A stretch of DNA of 64,000 nt from Octopus vulgaris (taxonomy: Eukaryota), in the NCBI GenBank assembly GCA_951406725.2, contig OX597823.1:107012001-107076000 (forward strand). The letters are read 5' to 3'. A program made the translations under genes and the position numbers. Positions 1 through 12,996 of the stretch are shown here, piece by piece (position 1 is the stretch's first letter; every line of letters starts with the position of its first letter). Below the pieces are notes generated by a model. The model saw only the letters and a program-made list of their open reading frames with translations, searched no databases and was not told the DNA's origin.

Positions 1-16
1 TAATACATACATGCAT

Positions 17-83
<67 letters not shown>

Positions 84-175
84 TATGAGTGTGTGTGTTT
101 GTAAACAATTCGGAATATAGGTCGAGATAACTACACACACATGAACATTTATGTATGTGTGTGTATGTATATATG

Positions 176-225
<50 letters not shown>

Positions 226-243
226 ACACACACACACACACAC
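1..243. repeat. (TA)n/(CA)n/(TG)n compound microsatellite
   Basis: Direct dinucleotide runs. Confidence 0.95.
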
Positions 244-654
244 CCGTACACACTTGTATGTATGTATAGCCTAAAAGCCTGTATATTTATAAATATTTTC
301 TCTTTAGTCTATCCATAGTTCACCATGCTGTCTGCTAGACGAGACAGACACGTTCACGTGTGTTCACCACTTTCTATGTTGTAATGAATATTTAATAATT
401 TTTATCAAATTTAATGAAAATTGATTAATTTTACCAATTCCCATAGAAATATTAAGGTGTGAGTAGCTCTCCTTTTTTAGCCTGTCTCATCCTTGCAGCT
501 ATGTGAGTAATATTCTTTGTAATTAGGCTTTATTTATATAGATTTTGTCTACGTTGTTTGGTTACTTTATCAGTAGTCAACATTAAATTTAATAAAACAA
601 TAATTTCTATAATGTTTTTTTTGTTGGTTTTGTCTGCTTTTGTTATCAATGAAG

Positions 655-1130
655 TTGTTGTTGATGATGATGATGATGATGATGACGACGACGACGACGA
701 GGATGACTATGATGATAATGATGATGACAATGATGATAAATGATGATGGTGGTGTAGGTGGTGATGGTAGTGTTGCTGTTCTTGTTGATGATGATGATGA
801 TGATATTTATCTTATTCATATATTTTTCCAATTATTTGATGTTGTTGATCAGTATCATGACCTTATTTTTATATTGTCGTTGCTGGTCGCTTCATTGTTT
901 TGTTCTTGTTTCCTTTTTTCCAAGTTTTAATAGTACATTATTATTATTACTATTATTCTTGCAAACTTTGTTATCATTATTATCAAAAAATGTTATGATA
1001 GTAGTTACTGGTGCTGTTGTTGTTGGTGTTATTCCTTATTGTCGTTATCGTTGTTGTTGCTGTTGTTGTTGTTGCTGTTGTTGTTGTTGTTGTTGCTGCT
1101 GCTGTTGCTGCTGTTGATGCTGCTGCTGTT
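655..1130. repeat. (GAT/GAC)n and (GTT/GCT)n trinucleotide tracts
   Basis: Direct runs at about 660-805 and 1045-1130. Confidence 0.9.
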
Positions 1131-1805
1131 GTTATATAGCAGGGTGCCAGACTAAATACTTTAAAATATTTCATTTTATTCCTCAATGAACTCAAATCCC
1201 GTTTGGGTCGATTTGTTTTCCACGTGTCTGAGATCGATAAAACACACAGATAGATACACACATACACAAATATTTATAAGTACGCATACACAACCACATA
1301 CATGCTCACATACACATATACACACAAGATGCGTCGATAATAATCTTGCGCGAATCAATTTACTCCAGCCTTTCCCCAGCATAATTTGGGCAACAATCCA
1401 AAGTTACATCTAGTTTTCAAATTAATATTTTCTGTTTGTCTTGTGGTTCTTCATAGTGTAGTATGTTGAAATGACAGTGAAGCGAAGTAATCAACCCACG
1501 TCCTTTCTAATCAGGTGCTTTACACATTTGACTTTTTACATAAACTCATTTGCACAATTGTGTGTGAATCTACGTATATATATGTATGTATGTCATTATT
1601 CAGTTTAGTTTCAAGATTTCTTGCCAATAGAAAAATACCGGTTTCAAACCTAGGTGCAAAGCTTCTTCACTGGAATTTTAACAGGGTCTGTATATGTCTA
1701 GATTTGTACGCATTTTTAATGTATGCATTCTCATACATATAGTTGCATATGTAGACATGCTCGTATGTTTGTACGTATTTGTATGTATGTATGTATGTAT
1801 GTATG

Positions 1806-1837
<32 letters not shown>

Positions 1838-2007
1838 CATGCATGCATGCATATATGTGTGTGTATCAATCTATCTATCTACATATGATAATTATATACA
1901 CATACATATATGTGTTTGTGTTTAAATGGTGGAAAACACAGACCCAAAGTTACACATAATGACATATATACATACACGCGTATATATACATGCATATATA
2001 GGTAAAG

Positions 2008-2130
2008 GACGGTCTTCTGCTCAGTTTCAGCCTGCCAAATTCACTCATAAAGCATTAGTCGACCCAGGGCTATAGTAGATGTTCGTTCAACGTATTGTGT
2101 AGTGGGACTGAACCCGAAATCTCGTGATTA
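2008..2130 (-). mobile_element. Degraded 5' part of SINE family A
   Basis: Reverse complement resembles the head/core of the family A copy at 46038-46510. Confidence 0.65.
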
Positions 2131-2146
2131 TGTATATACTACCTGC

Positions 2147-2186
<40 letters not shown>

Positions 2187-2400
2187 CTATATGTAACTAC
2201 ATATATATATGTGCTCACACACACACAAACACAAATACAGAAATACACACGCATATATACCTTGGACGTTCTGCATTACTTCATTTTGTAATCTGGGCTA
2301 CGTATGTAAGAAGCCTGCAAAACTTTTAAACGTATGGGGTCGAATCATACTGTTTTAAATAGCGTGTGTGTGTATGCGTGTGTGTGTGTATGCCTGTATA

Positions 2401-2521
<121 letters not shown>

Positions 2522-3799
2522 CATGCTTTATTTTTCATCTATCATTTCGTTTAAACATCTTATTACACACTATATATATTCATATACATTCTATATGTTC
2601 ATATTTTTGTTGGTATTTATATGTTTGTCACAATGTCAATAAAAATTTGGTATTAGGTCTGAAATTTAGCAACTCTCGAAAAGTAGATATGGCCGAACCA
2701 AGAAATAGACTGAAATATGTTGTGCTGCCGATATTTTTTTTACTAAATCCCTCCAAAACATTGCTCAAATGTTGCCACAGTCTAACGACCTGTGTCACTG
2801 ATGCATGGTTTCTCTTGTTTTGTTTTTTAGCTTTACTAAAGGTCTTTGCCGAATTGAAGCTAAACAAAGTGATAACGGTTTTTTTTCATTGGCATTTACT
2901 TTCTCGTGTTGGTATATACAGACGTTCATGTAATATCCTTTTATTATACGACTGGAGTATTTGTGATTATGTTTTTATGTATGTACGTATGCATGCCATC
3001 TGCACATATGACATTTTGTGTATATGGATATTCAATTTTTGTAATGCTTATAAATATTCTCTCAACCACTGGGCTTTGGAGAATGTTTTGTTCTTCCTTG
3101 GAAAACCATGACTTTTCTAGACGTTGTTACAATATCTGATGCTACAGATATAAGTGACAATCTATAGAACATAAAAGCTTCAAGTTTCACATTAGTGTAC
3201 TATAGGTGTTTTCTTTATCCACAATTTTACAAAAGGAATTCATTTCTTCTAAGCTGCTGGACAATACAGCAGCGAATTAATCTTGTCTGTCCTCTAAAAC
3301 AACGAAATTGCTGCTTTCAGAGGAATTCCCTCTAATATTACCTATTCTGGTTTTTCGTATGACCGTCTGTATAATCCCACCTGCGGCTGGTTTTCTAATT
3401 TGCTTTCATAACAACGTCATGTGCCATGGGTAGGTAGTATTTTGTGAACATTTAGGGGAAGCTGCCAATAATGTATATGTTATCGCCTACATTAAAACGG
3501 CACAGTCAGCATTTTCTATCACATGGTCAACAGCTAGAATTATCTTGATCTTTTATTAATCAGATATTTAGTAACAAGTATCAGGCATTATGTTTAGTAC
3601 CTCAAAGAATGGCACAAGCACCGGCACAACAAATGCATTATGGGATATGATCTCACTAAATCTGGACATCTCTTCAATAATTCTCAAAGACTGATGAAGT
3701 ATGTGTTTATCACTCTAGCTTTACTCGCAGTACAGATTTAACATGGTGCCACCAATTCCTACTTGTAGCATTTGTCGTTGTACGAAAGAATGTAATGTG

Positions 3800-3960
3800 C
3801 GTATGAATGTATGCATGTATGTATGTATGTATGTAGGTATGAATGTAGGTAGGTAGGTAGGTAGGTAGGTAGGTAGGTAGGCAGGTAGGTAGGTAGGTAG
3901 GTAGCTGGGTAGGTTTAAGTAGGTAGGTAGGTAGCTTGGTATGTAGGTAGGTGTGTTTGT
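3800..3960. repeat. (TATG)n/(TAGG)n microsatellite
   Basis: Direct run. Confidence 0.9.
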
Positions 3961-5579
3961 ATGCGTATTCGTGTATATTTGAATGCAATGTCTCTTTAAT
4001 ATTTACATCTCCTAACTTTAATAAAAGACTCCGTGAGTAGTGAATCCATATCCGGTGGACAACCGTCGCAATTGTTTAAAAGTAGCACTTCTATGATATC
4101 ATGCATATTTTCACAGTGTTGCTGTCAAAGTGAACCTGCAGTATATACAAACCGACTTATCGATTCCCTTTGATCTTTATGAAAGCCAACTGTCTAATAT
4201 TGGTGCTCAAACAAAATGTGACATAAATAAATACCCCAATGGTTATATGTATAAATGTAAAACAATGATCTGGCTAAAGGATTTTTAAGTTCCTCATTAG
4301 TTGTCCATTAACATTTTCTTTCTCATTTATTTTAGATGTCATATGTTCGCCTGACGGACGAGTAAATTCCATTGTATTGCCCGTTCTTTTATATCCTGTC
4401 TCAGAGGGATATTTACGGTACATTTGCATATATTTGCATTTACGAACGTTTTCATCGGTACATCTGACCAGTATTCCTCGCTGCTATGGCTGTGTATCTA
4501 CACTTCATGCCACTGTTAATTATTATATATTATTTTCGTTGTTTATCCTTCCTGTGAAATGTCTTACACGATGTTTCTAAGACTTTTAAAGCCTTTCAGA
4601 GTTTGAAATTACACGCCATTTTCAATTTGATATGAATCAGTATTTAAAATCAACAAAACCAGCTTTCTTACTTCACATAAACTCTGTCTGTGTATATGTC
4701 ATGTAAGTGTATAATGTATTTGCTGTCTATATTTTGCTACTTGCCTAGTAAAAACCTTCCGCTCATACTAAAAAGTGTGGTACAGTCATTACTTAACGAT
4801 AAGGTATTCTGCCCTGTCAATGTAACATTCTTCAGTTTACAGTCGCTATATTTATTATGCAATCTGTCGTGTTAGGCTCAAAATCTGTTTTTATAGGTAG
4901 TCGTGATATGATTAACATTTATTGAGAAGCTCTGTACCTCTTTTCATACCATTTTGCTCGTGTATATCCAGTTCAGATTAATAATTGATAGCAGGTCTTG
5001 ACTACAGATGGCAGTATGGAACTAAAATCCATATTTAACTGACTTTACTTTATTCTTTTTTATTTACTTAGGTGGAATTTTCTGATCTGGAAACTTCTGT
5101 TCCTCAAAAAAATTAATCGTGTATATACAATATAATAGCATACGCGATGTATTTAGAAGATAGATTATTAAGCTTGACATCAACACCTGAGGTTTATCCT
5201 CACTGAAATTGCCATTTTGTCTTTCTTCGATTATGTGTTCGCAGTTATCTAACTTATTTTAGTTAATATCTGTCATAAATTTATTATTATTAATTAAATC
5301 ATTAGTCGTTTTAAACTACTAAATAGTAGCAAGGGACTTTCGAGTAATATTTATGGTTCTTTTTAAACCTGCTTACATAGTTGTCTTTGATTAAGTAAAG
5401 GTATTTTTAATTATAATATATTGCCCTAAAAAACTGGAATTACAAGTCATCATTGAGAGAAATATAAATGTTTATATATTCATAGCTTATTATCTTTTCG
5501 TTTTTAATTCGAGAAAAGAGAAGATTGTTTAAGAAAATACAAAATTATTCTCAGGTGACTAACAATATTTTATGGATGC

Positions 5580-5789
5580 AAGGTGGCGAGTAGGCAGAAA
5601 CATTAGCACACCGGGCGAAATGCTTAGCGGTATTTCGTCTTTACGTTCTGAGTTCAAATTCCACTGAGGTAAGCTTTGCCTTTCATCCTTTCGGGTTCGA
5701 TAAATTAAGTGCCATTTGCATACTGGGATCGATCTAATCTACTAGCCCCCTCCCTAAAAGTTTCGGTCCTTGTGTCTAGAGTAGAAAAT
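5580..5789 (+). mobile_element. SINE family B (tRNA-like head plus GCCTTTCATCCTTTCGGG.TCGATAAA central domain, Meta/MESC-like) with 16-bp TSD
   Basis: Similar to copies at 22396, 54808 and 62481; TSD AATATTTTATGGATGC at 5564-5579 and 5790-5805. Confidence 0.88.
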
Positions 5790-5799
5790 AATATTTTAT

Positions 5800-6115
5800 G
5801 GATGCGAATAGCTCAGTGATTAGAGCATCGGGTTCACAATCATGAGGTAGTCAGTTCGATTCCTGGACTGGGCTGTGTGTTGTGTTCTTGAGCAAGACAC
5901 TTTATTTTACAATGTTGTGTTGTGACGTCACTGGTGTGAAGCTGTATCGGCTTTTGCCTTTCCCTTGGATAACACCGGTGAATTGGAGAGGATAGGATGG
6001 AATGCATGGGCGACTGCTGGTTTTCCATAAACAACCTTGTCCGGATTTGTGCTTCGGAGGGCAACTTTCTAGGAGCAATCATATGGTCGTTCATGACCGA
6101 AGAGTGTCTTTACTT
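5800..6115 (+). mobile_element. SINE family C (tRNA-derived head, CORE-like TGTGTTCTTGAGCAAGACAC)
   Basis: A-box TAGCTCAGTGA and B-box GTTCGATTCC; colinear with 34931-35268. Confidence 0.88.
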
Positions 6116-6559
6116 TAACAACATTGTCAGAGAGATGGTCACTTTTCGAATTAGCAGTAACGTTTTGATCCTTCCAACGTATCTCACCTTTGTCTATGGT
6201 CCATGACAAATTTACACTGTCTTCCACAGAGCATTCATCTCAGCCTCTCAAATATGTTGTGACCGAAGCCCTAGATTCGGTAACGTAACTACGTTACGAG
6301 TTTTAAAGTTATTTTTCTGGAAGTTGTTGCCTGTTGTGAGTATTCCAATGCTTTCATTTGTGTTTGGATGTCACAAGGGCATCACCACCACCACCACCAC
6401 CACTTAAGTGACTGCAACGATTCTTGCCACCACCTGTATTAACTACTAATTAGTATAACTGCTGCAGCTGCCACTGTTAATGCTGCTTTTCTAACAGAGT
6501 TAAGTTCTGGGGCTGCAAGACAAAAGGTGGGCTATCATAGCTAACAAGGAACTCACGAA

Positions 6560-7130
6560 CTCTTTAAGATCTGAAGGTAAACAGGAGATCTTGGAAATTC
6601 ATGAGGTTTGTTTCTCCCCTAATTCTTTTAACTTTCATACTTTTCGTCTATCCCCAACAGTTTCTCACTCTTCTCTTATCCCAATTTCTTCCCCATTGTC
6701 ACAAGGGGACACTAAACGAAAAGGGATCTCAACTTTTTGGTCGTTGATATCTCGGACACTGAGATTAGTCCTTTGGCCATTCTTGGATCTGCAAGCAGTG
6801 ATGCGAGTGTCGGTGCACGAGCAACACTGCTTCTGCGACATGTTGCTGTTGTTAGATCTTTTGTTGTCCTCCGTTCTAGGTCCTTCACCGTTTCACTACT
6901 TCCTCAGGACATGAATCCATCACATGGCCCTTACTGCTTCACAAGTAGTAGTTAAGCGTTCCGCTTCGCACGTCCTATACTTATGGCCTTTCCTTCCACT
7001 CTCCACAACTGGCACAACTCCACAAAAGCTTTATAAAGTTCGGGTGCCGTTAGCACATTTATGATCATACACATCCTTGCCGACCATACATCGTTATTCC
7101 GTATTTGACATGCGTGACCCACATTGTTAC
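6560..7130 (-). mobile_element. Degraded gag-like ORF1 remnant of a non-LTR retrotransposon (Tx1/L1-like)
   Basis: Minus-strand translation gives VVESGRKG...C...SKGHVMDSCPEE, a zinc-knuckle-like GHxxxxCP motif, with frameshifts. Confidence 0.4.
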
Positions 7131-7254
7131 ATAATTGTCACAACCAGAAAAAGTCAACGCTATTGCCAAATCCTAGAAAAATTCTATAATCGTGAATCTT
7201 GTATTATGATAATATATGCGTGTGCATGTGTATGTATGTATATATGTATACGTA

Positions 7255-7350
7255 CGTATGTATGTATGTATGTATGTATGTATGTATGTATGTATGTATG
7301 TATGTATGTATGTATGTATGTATGTATGTATGTGTGTATGTGTGTATGTA
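7255..7350. repeat. (TATG)n microsatellite
   Basis: Direct run. Confidence 0.95.
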
Positions 7351-8121
7351 TAGCGTGTCGCCTCGTCACAATCTCGGTCTTGAAAATCAAGCAGGCACTC
7401 TCTTATGTTGTGCTTCAGGCAGTGGAAACCCCATCATTCCACTCAACAGCTAGGATTTGTAGATTTTTTTAAAGAACAATTGAAAGTCTGCTCCCTCCCG
7501 CGAAGCAAAGTTCAGTGACCTACTTCCTTTCGCGCTCCCAAATAAAAGAATCAGGAAAGAAAGCATTTGTTTTGCTCCCTTATTTGTTCCACATCGTCCT
7601 TTTTTTGCTTCGTTCATTTATTCGTATTCTAAACCCCTTTATTGCTAGCAAAACAAATAATCTATTTGTTGGGGTCTTTTCCGTTAGAATTTTGACTAAT
7701 ACTGATTTTACTTATTATGATTCGAAAATTTGTATTTAAAGATGTATCTTCCTGCGAAAATTTCATTATTTCTTTTGTATTTTTTTTTAAGTGCAATGCC
7801 TGTGTTATCGTGTTTATATGTTTTTCGATTCGTTTTTTTTTTCTTTCCTGTTGAAAATTTAAGGGCATATCCTATGCATTAAATGCCTGCCAGCGGAAAA
7901 AAAAAAGGTTTCTTCGCAGAATTAGAGTGATTTTTCTCAAATGTGAAAAGTACAAGAAATAAAAATAATGTTCAAACTCTGTATCAACTTAATCCACGCG
8001 AAAACTTCCTTTAAGCCGAGCATATAATCCAATGGTATTTATCCTCATTATTTTCTTTTTACAATGTGAGCAAACAAATGTATATTTAACTAATAAACTC
8101 TTATAATGATGGTGATGATGA

Positions 8122-8208
<87 letters not shown>

Positions 8209-8222
8209 CGACGACGACGACG

Positions 8223-8266
<44 letters not shown>

Positions 8267-8296
8267 GATGATGATGATGATGATGATGATGATGAC

Positions 8297-8378
<82 letters not shown>

Positions 8379-8387
8379 TTAATAACA

Positions 8388-8945
8388 ATTGCCCTGATGC
8401 AGTACCAGGCAGTGGTTCTCATGGTTTCTGATCTTAACTGATTGGAGGTGTTATCATGTACATTGTTTTGTCTTGGTATAAAAGATAGACTATAGCAAAT
8501 ATTCTGCTCAATACCACAGATTTGCTTGTCAGTTGTTTGACCTTAACCAGTTGAGCATGTCCCTTAGTGGCTGACGATATGTGCATCTCTGACCACGAGC
8601 AGAAGTAGTGGGGGAGCATCATAACCATGTGTTGAGAGGAATTCTTTAGGGTTTGAATAATTCACCTCTGGAAACATGGGTGTTTTGTTCAACATCCTTA
8701 AACAACCCTTATTCAGGGACCTTTTGAGCGGGATGGGTTACTCGACCAGAAGAAAATTCTAACTGGGCCCCACCTGCAAGGTCGTGCGCTGTTTATCTCG
8801 ATATGAGATCACCATGCCGGGCACATATGGTTGTGATGCATGTGCCTGGTGTACCCTTATCAGACTGGTAGTCATGATGTGTATACTGGGCTTCGTATAT
8901 TTCTCCCCTGTGTCATTTTGATGGCATGCATTGCTCTCTCACTCA
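8388..8945 (+). mobile_element. Non-autonomous, internally deleted RLE retrotransposon derivative (HERO/NeSL-like) inserted in (AAT)n
   Basis: Frameshifted remnants CQLF..VEHV-LSG* and EHHNHVLRGI match the CxxC..HxxxxC..RHNxVL region of RLE elements; AAT-type repeats on both sides. Confidence 0.45.
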
Positions 8946-8980
8946 ACAAAAACAACAACAATAAAAGTAATAATAATAAT

Positions 8981-9064
<84 letters not shown>

Positions 9065-9210
9065 CTTTTCATCAATAGGTACAAAGCCAGTAATTTTAAG
9101 GGTAGGAAACCGGTCGATTACATTGAACAAGTGCTTAAAAGGTTCTTTCTTTTATCAACCCCAAAATGAGGAAAAGCAAAATAGACTTCGTGGGTATTTG
9201 ATCTCAGATC

Positions 9211-9297
<87 letters not shown>

Positions 9298-9419
9298 CAA
9301 CAACAACAACGACAACGACGACGATGATGATTATGATGATGATGATGACGACGGTGATGATGAAGATGATGATGATGAGGAGGAGGAGAATGACGACGGC
9401 GATGACGGCGATGTTGCTG

Positions 9420-9473
<54 letters not shown>

Positions 9474-9576
9474 ATTATTATTATTATTATTATCATTATT
9501 TATTGCTATTATCATTATTATTAATATTATCATTATTATGATCTTTATTATTATTGTTATCATTATTATCATCATG

Positions 9577-9624
<48 letters not shown>

Positions 9625-9625
<1 letters not shown>

Positions 9626-10600
9626 TATGTTTGACTTTTGCTTTATATTTGTACAAGTTGGCTCCAAGTCTCACCCAGAGACCTCAAGAGACAACAGGGT
9701 TGGAAGTTCATGTTGTTGTTATGCCTAGTGTGCCATATATTTGGGGGGTGGGGATGTTGTACTAATGAATGTCTAAAAATAAAAAAAAAAAAAAGGTTTT
9801 TTTTTTTTTTTTTTTTAAACCGAAAATTATGTTTGTTTTAAACCTTGGGATTACATAGAGAGTATTTTGCGTAGGATATGAGCAGTTCCCATGAGCACTA
9901 TCTTTTGAACTTCTGCCATTTTTGGGTTTCCTGGTATCTGAGTTAGGTAGCTATCAGCCCCTTTTGCTATCATTCCCAGGGCACCTATGACAACAGGTAT
10001 TGTTTTAGTCTTCAGCTTCCACATTTTGCTGATTTCTATTTCAAGATCTTTATATTTGCTCAGTTTTTGGTAGGTCTTGACAGATACGTTTATATCGATT
10101 GGGACAGTCATATCAATGAGGAGGCATGTTCTTTGTTTGAAGTCTTTCAATATGATGTCTGGCCTATTTGCATCTATCTTCCTGTCAGTTTGAATGGTGA
10201 AGTTCCAGAGGAGTGAGATGTGGTCATTTTCAAGCACTGGGGGTGGTTTGTGTTCCCACCAGTTTTTTTCATGGGGCAAATCCAGGTTTTTACAGATTAC
10301 CCAGTGAATATATTGTGCAGCTCTATCGTGCCTGTTGAGATACTCTGTAGGCGCTAGAAGACTGCACTTGGAGACCACATGGTCAATGGTTTCATTTTGT
10401 TGCTTGCATACACGACACGTTGGACTGCTTCTGATCTTTAATATGTTGGCCTGGTAGTTTCTTGTTGGTAGGCATTGATCTTGAGCTGCTATGATAAACC
10501 CCTCTGTTTCAGATTTTAAGCCAGAGGCCATTAGCCATTGATGGGTCAGGGCTTTGTCGATATCTGCATTATTCGCTCTCTTTGGGTATTTGCCATAGAT
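9625..10600 (-). mobile_element. 5'-truncated R4/Dong-clade non-LTR retrotransposon (family 1): C-terminal ORF at 9851-10600 plus 3' UTR
   Basis: Open frame ETEGFIIAAQDQ, CRVC..ETIDHVVSKC (CCHC), RHD, NRPDIILKD..LIDMTVP (PD-D RLE), KLSKYKDL, IPVVIGALG; 3' end abuts (AAT)n. Confidence 0.93.
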
Positions 10601-10620
10601 ATTATCATTATTATTATTAA

Positions 10621-10651
<31 letters not shown>

Positions 10652-10719
10652 TATTATTATCATTATTATTAATATTATCATTATTATGATCTTTATTATT
10701 ATTATTATCATTATTATCA

Positions 10720-10760
<41 letters not shown>

Positions 10761-10791
10761 AATATTATTATTATCATTATTATTATTATTA

Positions 10792-10832
<41 letters not shown>

Positions 10833-10855
10833 GTCATCATCATCATCATCATTAA

Positions 10856-10903
<48 letters not shown>

Positions 10904-10944
10904 CATTATTATCATCATCATCATCGTTATTATTATTATTATCA

Positions 10945-11002
<58 letters not shown>

Positions 11003-11058
11003 CATTATTATTAATATTATCATTATTATGATCTTTATTATTATTATTATCATTATTA

Positions 11059-11092
<34 letters not shown>

Positions 11093-11136
11093 CATTATTA
11101 TTAATATTATCATTATTATGATCTTTATTATTATTA

Positions 11137-11173
<37 letters not shown>

Positions 11174-11202
11174 CATTATTATTATTATTATTATCGTTAT
11201 CG

Positions 11203-11290
<88 letters not shown>

Positions 11291-11303
11291 CATTATTATG
11301 ATC

Positions 11304-11354
<51 letters not shown>

Positions 11355-11361
11355 CATCAAC

Positions 11362-11414
<53 letters not shown>

Positions 11415-11422
11415 CATCATCA

Positions 11423-11477
<55 letters not shown>

Positions 11478-11494
11478 CATTATTATTAATATTA

Positions 11495-11526
<32 letters not shown>

Positions 11527-11542
11527 GTCATCATCATCATCA

Positions 11543-11594
<52 letters not shown>

Positions 11595-11749
11595 CATTAT
11601 TATTAATATTATCATTATTATGATCTTTATTATTATTATTATCATTATTATCATTATTGTTAATATTATTATTATTATTATTATCATTATTATTAATATT
11701 ATCATTATTATGATCTTTATTATTATTATTATCATTATTATCATCATCA

Positions 11750-11780
<31 letters not shown>

Positions 11781-11816
11781 CATTATTTATTATTATTATC
11801 ATTATTATTATTATTA

Positions 11817-11857
<41 letters not shown>

Positions 11858-11876
11858 GTCATCATCATCATCATCA

Positions 11877-11940
<64 letters not shown>

Positions 11941-11977
11941 CATCATCATCATCGTTATTATTATTATTATTATTATT

Positions 11978-12513
11978 CAGTAGTTTTATTTTTATTTTTA
12001 TAGCGTGCTTTCACTTCACTACCGAGCACAGCTCTGTGTGCCTTGGGTATGTGCTGTGATTTGTTGTGATGCTCTGATGGTTATTGTATGGAAAGTGTTC
12101 TGCGTAGGATGTGTGCAGTGCCCAGTAGTGCAATTTTCTGTATGTTATATGTGTTTGTAAGTCCTGGTGTTTTTGTTATGTATTTGTCTGAATATTTTTT
12201 TATCATGCCTAATGCACCTACTATGATAGGAATTGTTTCTGTTTTCAGATTCCACATTCTAGTTACCTCTATTTCCAGGTCTTTGTATTTTGAGAGTTTC
12301 TCCATTTCTTTTAGAGACACGTTGTCATCTGCCGGTACTGATACATCAATTAGAAAGCATTTTTTTCTTCATGGTCTCTGACAACTATATCTGGTCTGTT
12401 GGCCTTAATTTCTCTATCTGTGTGTATCGGCATATCCCAGAGTATGGTTGCTTTCTCGTTTTCTGTGACCTTTTCTGGTGTGTGCCTATACCATCTTTTT
12501 TCTGTTGTTATTC

Positions 12514-12514
<1 letters not shown>
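11978..12514 (-). mobile_element. 5'-truncated R4/Dong-clade element (family 2): RLE C-terminus at 12081-12514 plus 3' UTR
   Basis: ILWDMPIHTDREIKANRPDIVV..LIDVSVP..KLSKYKDLEIEVTRMW..IPIIVGALG..GTAHILRR; 3' UTR differs from family 1; lies within (AAT)n. Confidence 0.92.
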
Positions 12515-12565
<51 letters not shown>

Positions 12566-12568
<3 letters not shown>

Positions 12569-12645
12569 TAGTTTTATTTTTATAGCGTGCTTTCACTTCA
12601 CTACCGAGCGCAGCTCTGTGTGCCTTGGGTATGTGCTAAGGCACA
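12566..12645 (-). mobile_element. Very short Dong family 2 insertion (3' UTR tip only) with an 8-nt inverted junction
   Basis: 12566-12637 nearly identical to 11978-12055. Confidence 0.88.
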
Positions 12646-12656
12646 TTATTATTATT

Positions 12657-12725
<69 letters not shown>

Positions 12726-12759
12726 ATTATCATTATTATGATCTTTATTATTATTATTA

Positions 12760-12796
<37 letters not shown>

Positions 12797-12806
12797 CATC
12801 ATCATC

Positions 12807-12856
<50 letters not shown>

Positions 12857-12864
12857 CATCATCA

Positions 12865-12923
<59 letters not shown>

Positions 12924-12996
12924 ACCTATCGGCGACATGACCGGAAGACACGGAGGACAATATCAATGCTTTTTCCACAAGATCGGTTGAGCACCC

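Larger units (their letters stand above)
8105..12921. repeat. Large compound (GAT)/(AAT)/(ATT)/(ATC) trinucleotide array hosting RLE retrotransposon insertions
   Basis: AAT on + strand to about 9290, ATT on + strand from about 9420; recurring variant motif AATATTATCATTATTATGATCTTTATT. Confidence 0.95.

Noticed and set aside
481-502. Possible 22-nt microexon (TTTTTTAG...GTGAGT)
   Set aside because: Short pyrimidine tract and weak exonic donor context; expected by chance in 64 kb
2647-3111. 154-aa ORF as a membrane protein
   Set aside because: Non-ATG start, hydrophobicity explained by T-richness, and no family recognised
6885-6915. CTGAGGA-AGTAGT-GAAAC on the minus strand as a hammerhead
   Set aside because: No stem II or stem I pairing; lies within the gag-like coding remnant
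9851-11293. 480-aa ORF as a complete gene
   Set aside because: Only 9851-10600 is real (Dong C-terminus); the N-terminal half is (ATA)n read-through and there is no RT domain
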